Source: Ginglymostoma cirratum (Eukaryota). Taken from it: a stretch of 64,000 bases of DNA. The position numbers and the translations under genes are program-made. How positions within the stretch are numbered: position 1 is the stretch's first letter; each line of letters starts with the position of its first letter. The notes beneath the pieces were generated by a model. The model was not told the origin of the DNA and searched no databases. It saw only the letters and a list, made by a program, of their open reading frames with translations. This document shows positions 22,921 through 35,404 of this stretch, one piece after another. The stretch lies in the NCBI GenBank assembly GCA_024137785.1, contig JAHRHZ010000049.1, positions 5,975,295 through 6,039,294 on the forward strand, read 5' to 3'.

Positions 22921-23650
22921 TTTACTCATTCTGGCAGATGCAATTCGCTGGCTGGCCCAGCATTCATTGCGTATCCCTAGTTGCCCTTGAGAAGGTGGTG
23001 GCGAGCTGCCTTCTTGAAACACTGCAGATCACTTGTTATAGGTAAATGCTAATTGCAGTTCAGGACTTTGAAGGACAGCGACGATAAATTTCCAAGTCAG
23101 GATGTTAAGTGGCTTTGAGGAGAACTTGCAGGTGGTGGTGTTCCCATGTACTAGCTGTCCTTATCCTTTGGATGGAAGTGGTCATGGGATTGAAAGCAGC
23201 GTGTCTAAGGAGCCTTGCTGCATGTCTGCTGTGCATAGTGTAGATTGTAGATTAGCAGTGTGGCCGTGGTGGAGGAAATGAAGGTTTGATGTGACACCAG
23301 TCAAGTGGACTGTTTTGTCCTAGATGATGTCAAGCTTCTTGAGTGTTGGTGGAACTGGGGAGTACTCCATCACATTCCTGACCTGTGCATTGTAGATGAT
23401 GGGCAGGTTTTGTCGAGTTGGGAAGTGAGTTACTTGCTGCAGGAACCCTAGCCTCTGACCTGATCTAGTAGCCCTATGATATGGCTAATCCAGTTGAATT
23501 TCTGGTCAATAGCAATCGCTAGGCTATTGATGGCAGGAGATTTAGCAACTGTAGTGCCATTGAATGTCTGGGGACAATGATTGGATTCTCTTTTATTGGT
23601 GATGGTCATTATCTGGTGGTTGTGTGGTGCGATTATTGCTTACTACTGTT
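22921..23650 (-). mobile_element. CR1/L2-group LINE 3' part
   Basis: Reverse complement of the element at 15190-16025 (gctggctggcccagcatt, gcaggtggtggtgttcccatgta, ggggagtactccatcaca). Confidence 0.8.
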
Positions 23651-24361
23651 ATTTGTCCTGCCAATATTTATTCTTCTTCTAATCTGCTATGGGACTGTGC
23701 TATTGGCTACCTTGTTTCAAAGGTACTTAGTTAGCTGTAAAGTGCTTTGGGATATTCCAAGGTAATAAAAGATCAATGCAAGCCATACTTTATTATCGAC
23801 TAAATTAATAGAATTAATGAGGTATTATAAATCTAATTCAGATTTATGGCAAAAATCCCTCTGAATTCCTATTTGCTCAAACAACACTTGAAGAAATAAT
23901 CCAGTGTTATCCAGGAAAATGTTAAAATTGCTTTGGCTGTACACGAGGAAACATTGCAAGCCAGAAAAACTCTCGACAACATTTTTAAGAAATATTCCTG
24001 GATAAGATGAGGTAATGGTCATAAATGTGGTGCACCCAATTGAAAAAAATACTGGCCAACCGAGGTAATGGTAATTTTTCCCAGACCAGATGGTGTTCCA
24101 GTAACCACTGGTGTACAGAACCTGTTTTCATGTTTCCATTCTGTATTGGAGTGCATCCTGGTCACTGAAAGAGGTACTACACCAAAACAACTGCTAAAGC
24201 TGCTTCTCACAAAAATCTTTTTATTTTGCTCAAGATTTGGTGTTTTGCTTAAAAAGCATACATGGGGCAATAAGTCATTATTTTACTTTGGGTAATATTT
24301 CTTCAAAGAATTCATGTTAGCAGTGAATTTAAATCAAGTGTAGCAAATTCTGTTGGCTTCA

Positions 24362-25384
24362 TAGGGTGGAATTTCCTGCTCCAGCCCGGAACTTTTAGAA
24401 GGGTGCGTGGGCGAAACTAACTTGCTGGGAGGCAGTAAATTCAACGGCTGGTTTTCCGATGGTCAGGAACTCATTATTCCAGCGTAGATGGGAATAGTGC
24501 GTAGGAACTCTGCACAATCTCCAATCCAACAGACTCTGAAGGAATCGCCTGGGAAATTGAGCTTTCCGCCTGGCAATTCCAATGTGTCTGAAACCCTCTG
24601 AAGTGCACAGAAAACCAGCGATTTTGGATGGTTCCAATAAAATGAAGTAAAATAGTTACGCAGGAAACATTGGAATACAAACTATTCCTGAGTAACTATA
24701 CTTATTAGCAACCCCCAGACCCTTTACACCCTGCACCCTTTTTGGGCCAGCTTACTTGACAAGCCCAAAATCTGACATCTGCACCTGCACTGAGAACCCT
24801 CAAACAACCCCCCACATCCAGGTCCCCACCCACCCGATCATCCATTCCCCTCTGCACACCGCACCAATCCAACCTCTCCCACTGCCAGATCTGAACCCTG
24901 ACCCCTTGCCGTGCTGTCATGTACTCTCCTCAATCCTACCGGACCCGATTTCCCCACCCAGCCTAACTCACCCTCGACATCTAACTGCCACCTTTCAACC
25001 TATACACTCCCTAGCTGTCACCTTTTCCCAGGTGGCACTTAACCTCCTCCAAGCTGCCACCCTATCCATCTGGTACCCATACGTTCTGGCACTCTAACAT
25101 AACACTCACCTCATGTATTTGTGGTTTTACAGTGGCTGTGATTCTGGATCTTTTACATTTCAGAATATGATAGCTGACAGTGGTGAAAACGGGGCACGGT
25201 TTGCCTTCCTCTGACGGTTCTGCATGGAGGGAAGAGTCAGAATGGGCACACAGCTTTGGTTTTCTGAGAGAGACCTGATTAGAATCCCCTCTGAGAAATA
25301 CAGAGCTTCCTTCTTCCACTAAGAAAACGAATGAGTGGAGTGGCAATCTGCGTGGGATTGTCACTCATTGAAAAATCGGGCCCT
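24362..25384. mobile_element. Possible non-autonomous DNA transposon (PIF/Harbinger-like ends)
   Basis: Imperfect inverted ends tagggtggaattt / aaaaatcgggcccta around a C-rich low-complexity core. Confidence 0.35.
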
Positions 25385-27230
25385 ATTCAGTTTCCTGATG
25401 GATTGAATAAGGCAAAGGCGGGGCTTGGGGATCTGATGCGAATATGTTCAGGGAGGAAGCAGGATTTTAAGATAGATAGTGAAAGTTTCGACAGTCGCAT
25501 GGAGAGATTAAGGTGGGCTGTGGCGGGGGGATAGTTGCTGACCAACAAACACCAAACTGCACTAATCCCATTTACCTGCACGTGGCCTGTAGTTTCCTAC
25601 ACCCTGGCATTTTAAGTGGTCATCCAGATGATTCTTAAATGCTGTGAGTGTATCTGCTTCCACCATCCTCTCGGGCAGCATGTTTTTTGTATCTATATTT
25701 CCAGAAATCTCCTCTAAACCACTTAGTCCTCGCGTTAAACTTATGCCATCTGGTCTTAGACACGTTTGCCAGGAGGAAGAGATTTTCACAATCTACTCTG
25801 TCTATACCTCTCATAATTTTGTATACATCAGTTGGATCCCCACCTCAGTGTCCTCTGCTCCAAGAAAAACAAACCTAGTCTATCCAGTCTCTCATAATTT
25901 TTATTTCAGGCAATATCCAGGTGAATCTTCTCTGCATCTTCTCCAATGCAGTTATTTCCTTCGGATAGTGTGGCAGCCAGAGTTACACACAGTATTCAAT
26001 CTGTGACCTAATAAATGTTTTATAAAGTTGTAACTAGACTTCCTTGCTTGTAAATTCGATGTCCTAGCTAATGACTGTAAGAATCCATAAGCCACCTTCA
26101 CCACCCTGCCTACCTGTGATGATACCTTCAGGGATCTTTGGATTTGAACACTGAGGTCTCTTTGTTCCTCAGTATTCCTATGATCTACCATTCATTGTGA
26201 AAATCCCTCCCTATTAGACTTTACAAAATGCATCACCTCGCATTTATCGGAATTAAATTCTATCTGCCATTACTCTGCCCAATTTACCAGCTGACCCATA
26301 TCCGACTGTAGCCTGAGGCTATTCTCCTCACTACCAGCAACACCATCAATTTTTGTGTCATCTGTAAACTTACTAATTATATCTACTACATTGACATCCA
26401 AGTTGTTAATGTACATAACAAGCAGCAAGAGCCCCAGAACTGAGCACTGGAGTAGAAAAACAACCCTGCACCATCGCCCTTTGCCTCCTGGTTGTAAGCC
26501 AGTTTTGGATTCTGTTTGCCGACTTGCCTTGGATTTTACTTTTTGGGCCAGCCTTCCATGTGGGACCTTGTTACAGGCCTTGCTGAAGCCCATATAAATT
26601 ACATCAGCTGCAGTACTCTCATCAATATATTTAGTCACCTTTTTACAAAGTTCAATTAAATTTTCAGGTAGGATCTCCCTGCACCAAATCCATACTGATT
26701 ATCACTGAGCAATCCCTGCCTTTCCAAGTATTGATTAATCCTATCCTTCAGGCTTTTTTCCAATAATTTCCCTACTGCTGACATTAGACTAATTGATCTG
26801 TAATGATCAGGCTTATCCATCCTAGCCTTCTTGAATGAAGGAACTACATTAGCTATTCTCCTGGCATTTCACCTGTGGCCAGCAAAGTATTAAATATCTG
26901 TCAGGGCCCCAACAATCTCCTCCCATAACATCCTGGAATACATCTCATTAGGCCGTGGGGGTTTATGCACCTTTATGCCTGCTAAAGCTTCTAATACTTC
27001 CTCCTTACTAATTTTAACATGTTCTAGAACCTCACCATCCCAACTGACATCCCCAGTTACGATGTTTTCCTCCTTTGTGAATACAGATGAGGAGTATTCA
27101 TTTAAGACTTCACCTGCGTCCACTGGCTCTACACACAGGTAGCCTCTTCAGTCACTAATGAATCCCACTCTTTCCCTGATAATCCTCTTACTTTTAATGT
27201 ACTTTTAAAAAGCCTTGGGGTTTGCCTTGA

Positions 27231-27556
27231 TCATAGAATCAATCGTAGAATCATAGAATCCCTATAGTGTGGAGACAGGCCCTTCAGCCCAACGAATCCA
27301 CACTGCCACTCTGAGTATTCCACCCAGACCCATCCCCCTATAACCTACACATTCCTGAACACTGTGGGCAATTCAGCATGGCCAATCCACCTAACCTGCT
27401 CATCTTTGGACTGTGGGAAGAAACCGGAGCACCCGGAGGAAACCCACGCAGACACGAGCAGAATGTGCACACTCCACACAGACAATCGCCCGAGGGTGGA
27501 ATCGAACCTGGGTCCCTGCAAGGCAGCAGTGCTAACCACCTAGCTACCGTGCCGCC
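27231..27556 (-). mobile_element. HE1 SINE
   Basis: Reverse complement of 19337-19645 with a (atagaatc)-type repeat tail. Confidence 0.92.
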
Positions 27557-27669
27557 AAAAATCCTATCTGCCAAAAATATTTTGTGGTCCCTCTTTGCCT
27601 AACTTCCATTTTTAAGCAACCTCCTATGCTTTCCTGTACTTTTAAGAGGCCTCCCCTATTTTTAATGTG

Positions 27670-28110
27670 CTGTCCTGAACTCTTGGCGGTGGCTTTCGTG
27701 GCGGCAGCGTTGTGGGTCCGAGTCTTGGCAGTGGCGGCGAAGTGGTGGCATCATTGGTGATGTGAGTGGGTATCAGGATTCTGGCGCTGGCAAGGTGGTG
27801 ACTGCAGCTGTCGGTGATGTGGTGATAGCTGAGTGGGACTCTCTCAGCAAGGTCGTGGCTTCAGCTATAGAACGGGAACCCTGCTGGCGAGACAACGAGG
27901 CAGCAGCAGTGGTGGCTTTACAGGCTCAGAGAGAGAGATTCATGTCGGTGACGGTGGTGGAGCAGGCAATAAAGAACAAATCTGGATTCTCTTCTCGTTT
28001 TTTTTGGTTTAATTTTTAAGTTTTTCAGAATGTTGCCAAAGTGTGGAGACAGTTAAAGCTTTTCACTTTATTTTCCCTTAAATACAAGTGCCTACAATAC
28101 AAAATCAAAA
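27670..28110 (+). mobile_element. Unclassified GC-rich insertion with a LINE-like 3' tail
   Basis: Interrupts CR1; gcggtggc-rich body; ends aagcttttcacttt...aatacaagtg..acaatacaaaatcaaaa. Confidence 0.45.
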
Positions 28111-29188
28111 ACAAATGCTGCTGCTTTTTCTTTTTCAAACTATCTAGGTTGACATCCAGGGTTCCTTGGACTTTCGCATTAAGGTGATCCCAGTCAGTGT
28201 AAGCAAAGTTGAAGTTGTCTACAGCTATAACCCTATTTCTGTCGGAACTTTCTGTGATTTGCCGACATATCTGCTCCTCTATATCCCTCTGACTGTTGAA
28301 AGAGGTGTACAATAATCCCACCAAGGTGATCAATCCATTTTTATTTCCACATTCTACCCAGATGGCCTCATTTTAAGACCCTTCTGGGATGTCCTTCCTC
28401 ATTACTGTACTTATAGTTTCCTTTATCAATAATGCAATGGCTCCACCTCTTGTGTTCCTCACTTCCTATCATGCTTCAAACTTCTATACCATGGAATGGT
28501 GAACCACCGGTCCTGTCTGTCCTTCAACCATGTCTGTAATTGCAACGATATCATATTTCCATATGTTGATCAATGCCCTAAGTTCATCTGCCTTATCAGT
28601 CAAGCTCCTTGCCTTAAAAGAAAATACAGTATAGTTTTCCTGACTTCCCATGCATGTACTGGACTGACTTAGCATTCCTTCTGTATCTGATTGGACCTTA
28701 CTCTCAACTTTACTTCTGGTGCTCTCCATTTGTGCCAGGTCTTTAAATGTAGTTTAGTGTTATCAGTTCATGCAAATCAGTAAAATATTATATGATGTGC
28801 ATGTCTGTTATTTCTAAGGTGTTCATCTTGAAGCCATTGTTTCCGGTTTTATCCTTGTCCCATGTAAGCCTTTGGGAAAAAGCAATCAGACATATCCATT
28901 CTTCTAGATGTGAAGCAAGGTCAAAAGCTGTTGTAGGAATTGCTGAGTATTGTCCCACCTTTTATGTTTTAAGTCTGAACTCTGGCATAGCACCACTGTG
29001 TGATGTTTCTAGAGTCACTTGGGAATGTGCAGCGATACTCGGGGTCCCACAACTCCCATGGTTGTCACAAAAGTTAAAAATTTAATCAAATTACACAAAG
29101 TGCCTACTTTTCCTGTCTGATGAGTGCATCCAGTATAACACATTTATGTTAATTTTTTATGATGGCCATTGTTAATTACTCCTTTCAG

Positions 29189-29280
29189 CTCTGCCGCCAC
29201 TTCCTGTATCCACTCCAAGAACAAGTTTCGCTGAATTCTCCATGCGAGAGAAATTGAGGGAGAAACTTAAAGCGGCTAGG
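29189..29280 (+). CDS. CC2D2A: CC2D2A exon (LPPLPVSTPRTSFAEFSMREKLREKLKAAR)
   Basis: tcag|CT...AGG|gtacgt, 92 nt, phase 1-0; matches recalled human [29 protein letters not shown]. Confidence 0.93.
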
Positions 29281-29954
29281 GTACGTATTGTTTCTGTGAT
29301 ATCATCTTTTCAGTTTTCACTAGTATTGGCTGTTGGACTCACTTCCTTTGTTGATGAAATGTTACTTCTATGACTGGCAGTTTTGTTATTAAAATCTTAA
29401 ACCTTTGTAATTTCTATTTGATGAAATCAACATTGCAATATTATTACTTAATAATTTGACCCTGTTGAATAGCTTTGAAACTGTGTTTCTGTAGTTAGAT
29501 AGACCCTTAATTAGTACAATCTCTGACTTAAACTAATAACAATGTACTATGAATACATTGTATCCCAATAATCTACTGCATTTAAAAAAAAATTTTTAAT
29601 GCGGTCGGTTGAATTGTAAATCACAGCAACTTTTTTAAATGTGTTGTGTTTACTAAGAGAATCCGCTGTGTAAAAGTCAGTGAATGCCTCTTGAAGAAAG
29701 TTTAGTCAAGAGTTCAATATTTGGATTTTGCAGCAACGAAGCCCAAAAGGTTCACTGTTGTGCTTGGCTGCCAGAATAACTCAATTGAATTACTGCATGG
29801 CACTAAATATCTGCTGTGCTATTTTACATCATTTACATGCTTTGATCAGCCACCCTTTCTCCAGCCATCCAAAATGCATGACATTCTAGGCTCCACCCTT
29901 CAAATCATTAGTTGCAGCTGGGGCAGAGGTTGGAAAAGGCACATCTGGTTTTAA

Positions 29955-30275
29955 GTGGGGGGAGGTAGTGGTCCTGTCACTGGGCTAGCAATCCAGAGGC
30001 TCAGGTCAGGAAATATGCATTCATATTCCATGATATCAATAAAATCTAGAATAAGAAGCTACCGTTAATAGTGACCATGAATCCATTGTCAATTGTTGGG
30101 AAAACCCACCTGGTTCACTCATATCCTTGGGGAAGAAAACTGACATTCTTATCTGGTCTGACTTACAGACCCAGAGAAATGTGGTTGACTGTTATTTACC
30201 TTCTGGCAGTTAGGAATTGGCAATAAATGCTAGCTTAGCCAGCAGCACCCATTTGACATGTAAGGATATAAGTAT
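29955..30275 (+). mobile_element. SINE sharing its 3' tail with the CR1/L2-group LINE
   Basis: gtcactgggctagcaatccagagg...gaccatgaatccattgtcaattgttgggaaaaccc...ggcaataaatgctagcttagccagcagcaccc. Confidence 0.65.
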
Positions 30276-30725
30276 CAAAAAAAAGGACTTTCGTACCTTA
30301 TTTCACATTATACTTGGTGCACTCAGTCCCTGAATATTACAATGAAGTTTTAAAATCTTTAATTAATCGATTGACAACCTATAGGTACTTAACAACAAGG
30401 CTTGATGCACTCCTTAAAATGACCAATCAAATCAGTTCACACAAAAAATTGTTTTTACTGTTAGATGTTCTGCATTATGATCTGCTCATTAAAAGTTTAC
30501 ATAGGAACAAACATGAGGTGTTGTTCTCAGTGCATGTGCTGAAATGTTCAAAAAAGGTAAATGTGAAATTAATTAAAATAAAGTTCTAGTATTTTTAATT
30601 ACCTCCAAATGTATATTTATGGCAGGAGAGGAATGGGATATAACACTCAATATCAAAACCACTGGTATAAAAATTTGTAGTAGACATTTTAGAACAGCGT
30701 TCTTAATTTTTCAGTACGCAATTTC

Positions 30726-31065
30726 ATAGAATCCCTATGGTGCAGAAAGAGGCTATTCGGCCTATCTGGTTTGCACCAAGCCTTTGGAAAGCATCTCACC
30801 CCATCCCTCTAACCTCGTGTGGCATTTTTACCAGAACTAATCCACCTAAGCTACACATCCCAGGATACTGCGGGGCAATATTTAGCCTGTTCAATTCACC
30901 TAACCTACACATCTTTAGACTGTGGGATGAGAATGGACGCCCTGGAGAAAACCCACACAGTCATGGGGAGAACATGCAAACTCCATACAGACAGTCACCC
31001 AGGGCCAGAATCAAACTAGGGACCCAGGCACTGTAAGGCAGTAGTGCTCACCACTATGCCACTCT
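30726..31065 (-). mobile_element. HE1 SINE, diverged
   Basis: catagaatccct...cctacacatctttagactgtggga...tgcaaactccatacagacagtcaccc...ggcagtagtgct. Confidence 0.85.
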
Positions 31066-31991
31066 GCAGTCCACTTGGACAATCGTATATAATTGATAGG
31101 CTTTGTGAAACTTTTGCTGTCTCTTGTAGTGATCTTGGAGTCAGGAAGAATGTTATTTAGGTGGGATTGTGATGTATCTCAATCCTGTTGCGCTCCTGCC
31201 TCCCCCAGAATTAGTTTCAGAAGGCTCTTCTAAAAATTTTTGCAGCAGCCACAACTTCCCCAAATGACGCTGCTGAGCACAAGAGCTTCCATCCCTTCAG
31301 TGTCTGGCAGTTCTGAGTTGGCAAGACCTCCTCTCTCGGGATCTTGAATTCATGGGAAGATCCACTGTTGGCTTCCCAAAATGAGACTGTGTAGATCTCT
31401 TGCTGACTGCCCAGCTGGTAGTCAAGTCCCCTGATGAAATGGCTAGATACCACTCTCTATTTGTTTGCATCCCACAACTAGACGCGTTGACTTCTTTAGA
31501 TTTGTCTGTGCATAAACAATTTTGTACATTTCTCCATCAGTTGTATATATGTGCTTACAGTTCTCAATATTGTATGTCCAGTTCTAACAAAGGGATGTCT
31601 TGAATATGGATCAACTGACGTTTTGAAACGTAGCATTGAAATAGATTGATGAGAGCTGGTTCCATTGAATTGGAGGATATTTTGTTTAATTGCATGCACA
31701 ATGGTGAATTCTTGTGAGCATCTGAGTAAGCCCTGTTACCTCCGTAACTCAATTAAACTGCCTTCGGTTTAACCAGGCACTGGAGAACAGCTGCTTCCCA
31801 GTGTGGAGTTGATGTATTGTGGGATTGCTGAATGGTACAATATCAACTAGATTGGCCACTGTTCTTAGAGGTGAAGGCAGGTGGCTTGGCTTTGTTAGAC
31901 AGTAATTTTATTGGAGTTGAGTAATAAATTCAAAGATACGTGTATTTAGGCTTGTTGAATTCATATTTGTATCCTTAAATATATTATTTAG

Positions 31992-32093
31992 TCTAAAGCA
32001 CAGAGCGCCATCCAACAAGAGGAAGCAAGTGTACCTTCTCGACATTTAATACGTTTCAAAGACCCAAAGTCAGTTACTCAATTTGACACTGAG
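31992..32093 (+). CDS. CC2D2A: CC2D2A exon (SKAQSAIQQEEASVPSRHLIRFKDPKSVTQFDTE)
   Basis: ttag|TCT...GAG|gtgaga, 102 nt, phase 0-0; recalled human SKAESALLQE...LETE. Confidence 0.88.
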
Positions 32094-32529
32094 GTGAGAA
32101 AACTTATATTAATATTAATTATTAATATTTTTTTTAAAGTTTCACATTCATTTGTTTTGTTGCTTCATATTTCTGAGATTCCTGTTCGCTTCCTATTTCT
32201 GTTTTTATATTCCATTTCTTTATGTTGTGCTACTGAATGATATTCTGAACTGAATTTTATGTTTCAATAAAATCTGAAATGGAATAAAATTAATAATTTA
32301 AGGCAAATCTGACTTGAATAATGATGTTGTCAACTGTTTCTTTAAAGAAAAAAGGTTCATTTAATAAAAAGTTTTCCTTCTTTCATTTCATAAAGGACTC
32401 TTATATTCCATCTGTGATCCACTCCTGGGACAGAGTTTAATGCTCCCCCAGGAATGGGTGGCATTGTGCCATGAGTGCTGTTTTGGTGCCACCTTGCCCA
32501 ACCCAGTGGTGTATGTTTAATGTTTTAAT

Positions 32530-32700
32530 GAAGATCTGTAACTCGGGTTGCGGTTGAAGTTGTTGGTTGGTTTGCCGAGCTGACTGGTTTTCATGCAAGT
32601 GTTTCATCTCCCTTCTAGGTGACATTGTCAGTGCTGTGTAGTCTCTGTTGAAGTGCTGTTGTTCTGTCCATCTCTGAATTTATATGGTGGGGTCTCTACC
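32530..32700 (-). mobile_element. Decayed PLE-like repeat, family E, with degenerate hammerhead
   Basis: Minus strand gca-CTGACAA-tgtcacctagaagggagat-GAAAC-acttgc. Confidence 0.4.
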
Positions 32701-33774
32701 ACTGTGCCTCAAGTGTCTGCTACTAGATCCTTTGATTCAAATGGATAAGTCCTTTCACCTGTGATAAGCAATTTCATTTGCCTTGAGAAATTTTTCTGGC
32801 TTCCTGATTCGACCCTGTAGGACCACCCCTACCTGAGAGAGGCAGCTGAAAAGTACAGGCTGCTTCCAGGAAATTTGAGAGATGTGTTTTTAACAACCCA
32901 TCAACTGGGTTGATTGACAGTTTGAGGAGGAGAGGCAAGTGCACTGGTCTATGTTCTACCCCACTGTCCCATCCTGCGAGAACATCTGGCTGCGCGCCAT
33001 TGCGATGTGTCCCACCTCCATTCTTTCCTCATTTGGACAATGAAGATCTGGCCCTTGTATGAAATGTTGGTGATTTGCTCTTTACAGTTACAGCTATAGC
33101 AAAATTATTGCAGTGCGCATGTCTTAACAAGCAACTAGGCTGTGCATGGGGAGTGATGAATCTTATTTGGCAGTCCAGCAGGGCACATATTTATTTGTTT
33201 CCCTTTGGAATCAGATAATGGAAATCATAAGGCCACAGCTGCACTGCAGTATTAAACGATGTTCTGATTGCCAGAGTCAGGGTTGTTTGCAGAAGATGTG
33301 GAAGATATTTCATTAAGATAATTGTCAGCTGGGTATGGAACTAAGAAAATACACAGAGCTATAAAGTGGATTTTCTGCATTCTACTATAATTGTTAAAGT
33401 ATAAGTATTTACTTTAGAAATCTGGACCTTATAAACTGATTAAAATCTTAGCTCTGTAATTTACTCAGTGCCTCATCACTTTCCTGTTGATGAAAAGTGT
33501 AAACAGCTCGTTTCGAATTTTGTGAAAAGAACATTTGTACAATGAACATCGTGGATTTTTTTATTGAACAGGATTCTAAACAATCTTCTCCAATTGTTTC
33601 GAGGTTGGAGTTTTCCTTTACTGACCAATATTTGGTCATCTCATTACAATACTCAGGGTTGTAATACTCAAAACTATTGTTTCATGAGCTGGACACTGCA
33701 GTATCTCTCAAGCTCTCATGTGCCCCTGAAATTTTGTGATAGGTGGTATGATGAGCACTCTTGTGAGATATTGA

Positions 33775-33997
33775 ATCGTAGATTCCCTACACATCCCCCA
33801 ACACTATGGGCAATTTAGCATGGCTAGTCCACCTAACCTGCATGTCTTTGGACTGTGGCAGGAATCTGGAGCACCCAGAGGAACTCCACACAGACTCGGG
33901 GAGAAAGTGCAAACTCCACACAGTCGCCTGAGGGTGGAATTGAACCTGGGTCCCTGGTGCTGTGAGACAGCAGTGCTGACTACTGAGCTACCGTGCT
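33775..33997 (-). mobile_element. HE1 SINE
   Basis: gggcaatttagcatggc...ctttggactgtgg...gtgcaaactccacacag...tgaacctgggtccctggtgctgtgag. Confidence 0.88.
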
Positions 33998-34998
33998 TCC
34001 TATCATTGATCACATGGTTATAAAACACTTGGTAGATTTGTTTTTGTAATTAAAAGGAATAACATTTCAAACACATTAACTAATATTGCATAGCTGTCTT
34101 CACAGAATGGAAAATAAGAAAACACTTTTTTCTTTTCTTTTTAAAAAGTTAAACGTACATTTTCTTGCCAGTAAATCAGAATCGGATCAGTACTGCCTTA
34201 AGGAGAGCATGTTTATTCTCTGTACATCCTCCCTCCAGGTCCCCTCTCCTGCCTTAGACCATGGTTTGAATTTTTTTCATGAATATAATGGTGAGGCTAT
34301 CAGTGCTCATCTTTATTAAGGAGTAAATGAGGCAATGTTTGCCATCTCGGTATGCACTATATGACATGGAAATTGGGAGATTGCTGTCTGATTGATTCAG
34401 TTTAATACTCCAGAGGCTTCGTGACATCAGTAACTGTTGAAAGATTCCATGTCATTCACGTATTTTAATGTTATTTTTGTATTACTACCCAATAAATACT
34501 CAGTAAACACTGTAGGAAATGTAGGGTTTGCTTATTCAAGGCAATTAAATGTTTGACGAGTTGTCAGTCACAGTCGCAGAAAATTGCATAGCAGCATAAA
34601 TTCACTTTTACGAACATGGAGTCATATTCGTTTTGACTCACTATTGTAAGAGATTTTAATTTCTTTTCTCCTTTATCTTTGGGATTAAGAGAGGGAATAA
34701 TTATTCCAATCTTCTGTTCCTTCCTGTATTCTATGCATAATGTTACATTGAGTTAAATATCCTAATTTACCATACTTAGATTCAACTCTCAGTAAAAGGT
34801 GGTTAGTTGTCGACGTACAAAATTGACTGCCCTGTTATAAAGGTCTCTCATTTCCTGCAGAGTAAGACCATGCTGAAATGGTACTTTGCTTATTGTAAAT
34901 TGCCATGCAAAAGTCCACGTGATGTCTTTAAACATTATGAATGGTGAGTGCTATTCTTTCACCATGGACTGTAAAATTCAAGACTGCATGTTTTTTAT

Positions 34999-35088
34999 GA
35001 TAAAACGTTGTGGACTGGATGAACACAGCAGGCCAAGCAGCATCAGAGGAGCAGGAAAGCTGACGTTTCGGGTCGAGACCCTTCTTAG
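34999..35088 (-). mobile_element. PLE-like single arm, family B, hammerhead core truncated or mutated
   Basis: Minus strand cctaagaa-GGGTCTCGACCC-GAAACGTC-agctttcctgctcctctgatgctgcttggcctgctgtgttc. Confidence 0.8.
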
Positions 35089-35159
35089 GTGTTGGTGATG
35101 AGTAGAATGTCCAAACAAATATCTATGTCATTTACAGTAAAGAACTTGAGTTTTATTGA

Positions 35160-35340
35160 AATAAGACACGTTTTGTTGAAGCTATTCGACTGCACTTATC
35201 AGGAAAATTTTCAAGAAATCAATTCGGAGGAAAGCCAACTTATGTACTATATGAGGGAAGAGTGCTGGTTGCTTGGCATATGGACCTTGATTGGTAGAGC
35301 CATTGCCATATAGAATGCCTCAATTAACGTTGATTGTTCA
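35160..35340 (-). mobile_element. Family D hammerhead-bearing repeat, decayed
   Basis: Minus strand ttc-CTGATAA-GTGCAGTC-GAAT-AGCTTC-aaca; adjacent tgattggtagagccattgccatatagaatg is shared with 6750-6780. Confidence 0.5.
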
Positions 35341-35404
35341 CCACTAACAGGAGCTTACTGTCATTCCAAAATCACGTTTTGCCCATCACACTAATGACAT
35401 ATGC

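Larger units (their letters stand above)
25560..28660 (-). mobile_element. CR1 LINE with RT and endonuclease remnants, two nested insertions
   Basis: DVIYMGFSKACNKVPHGRL, SKFTDDTKIDG, VLNEYSSSVFTKE, NFNFAYTDWD, KADELRALINIWKYDIVAIT. Confidence 0.9.
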
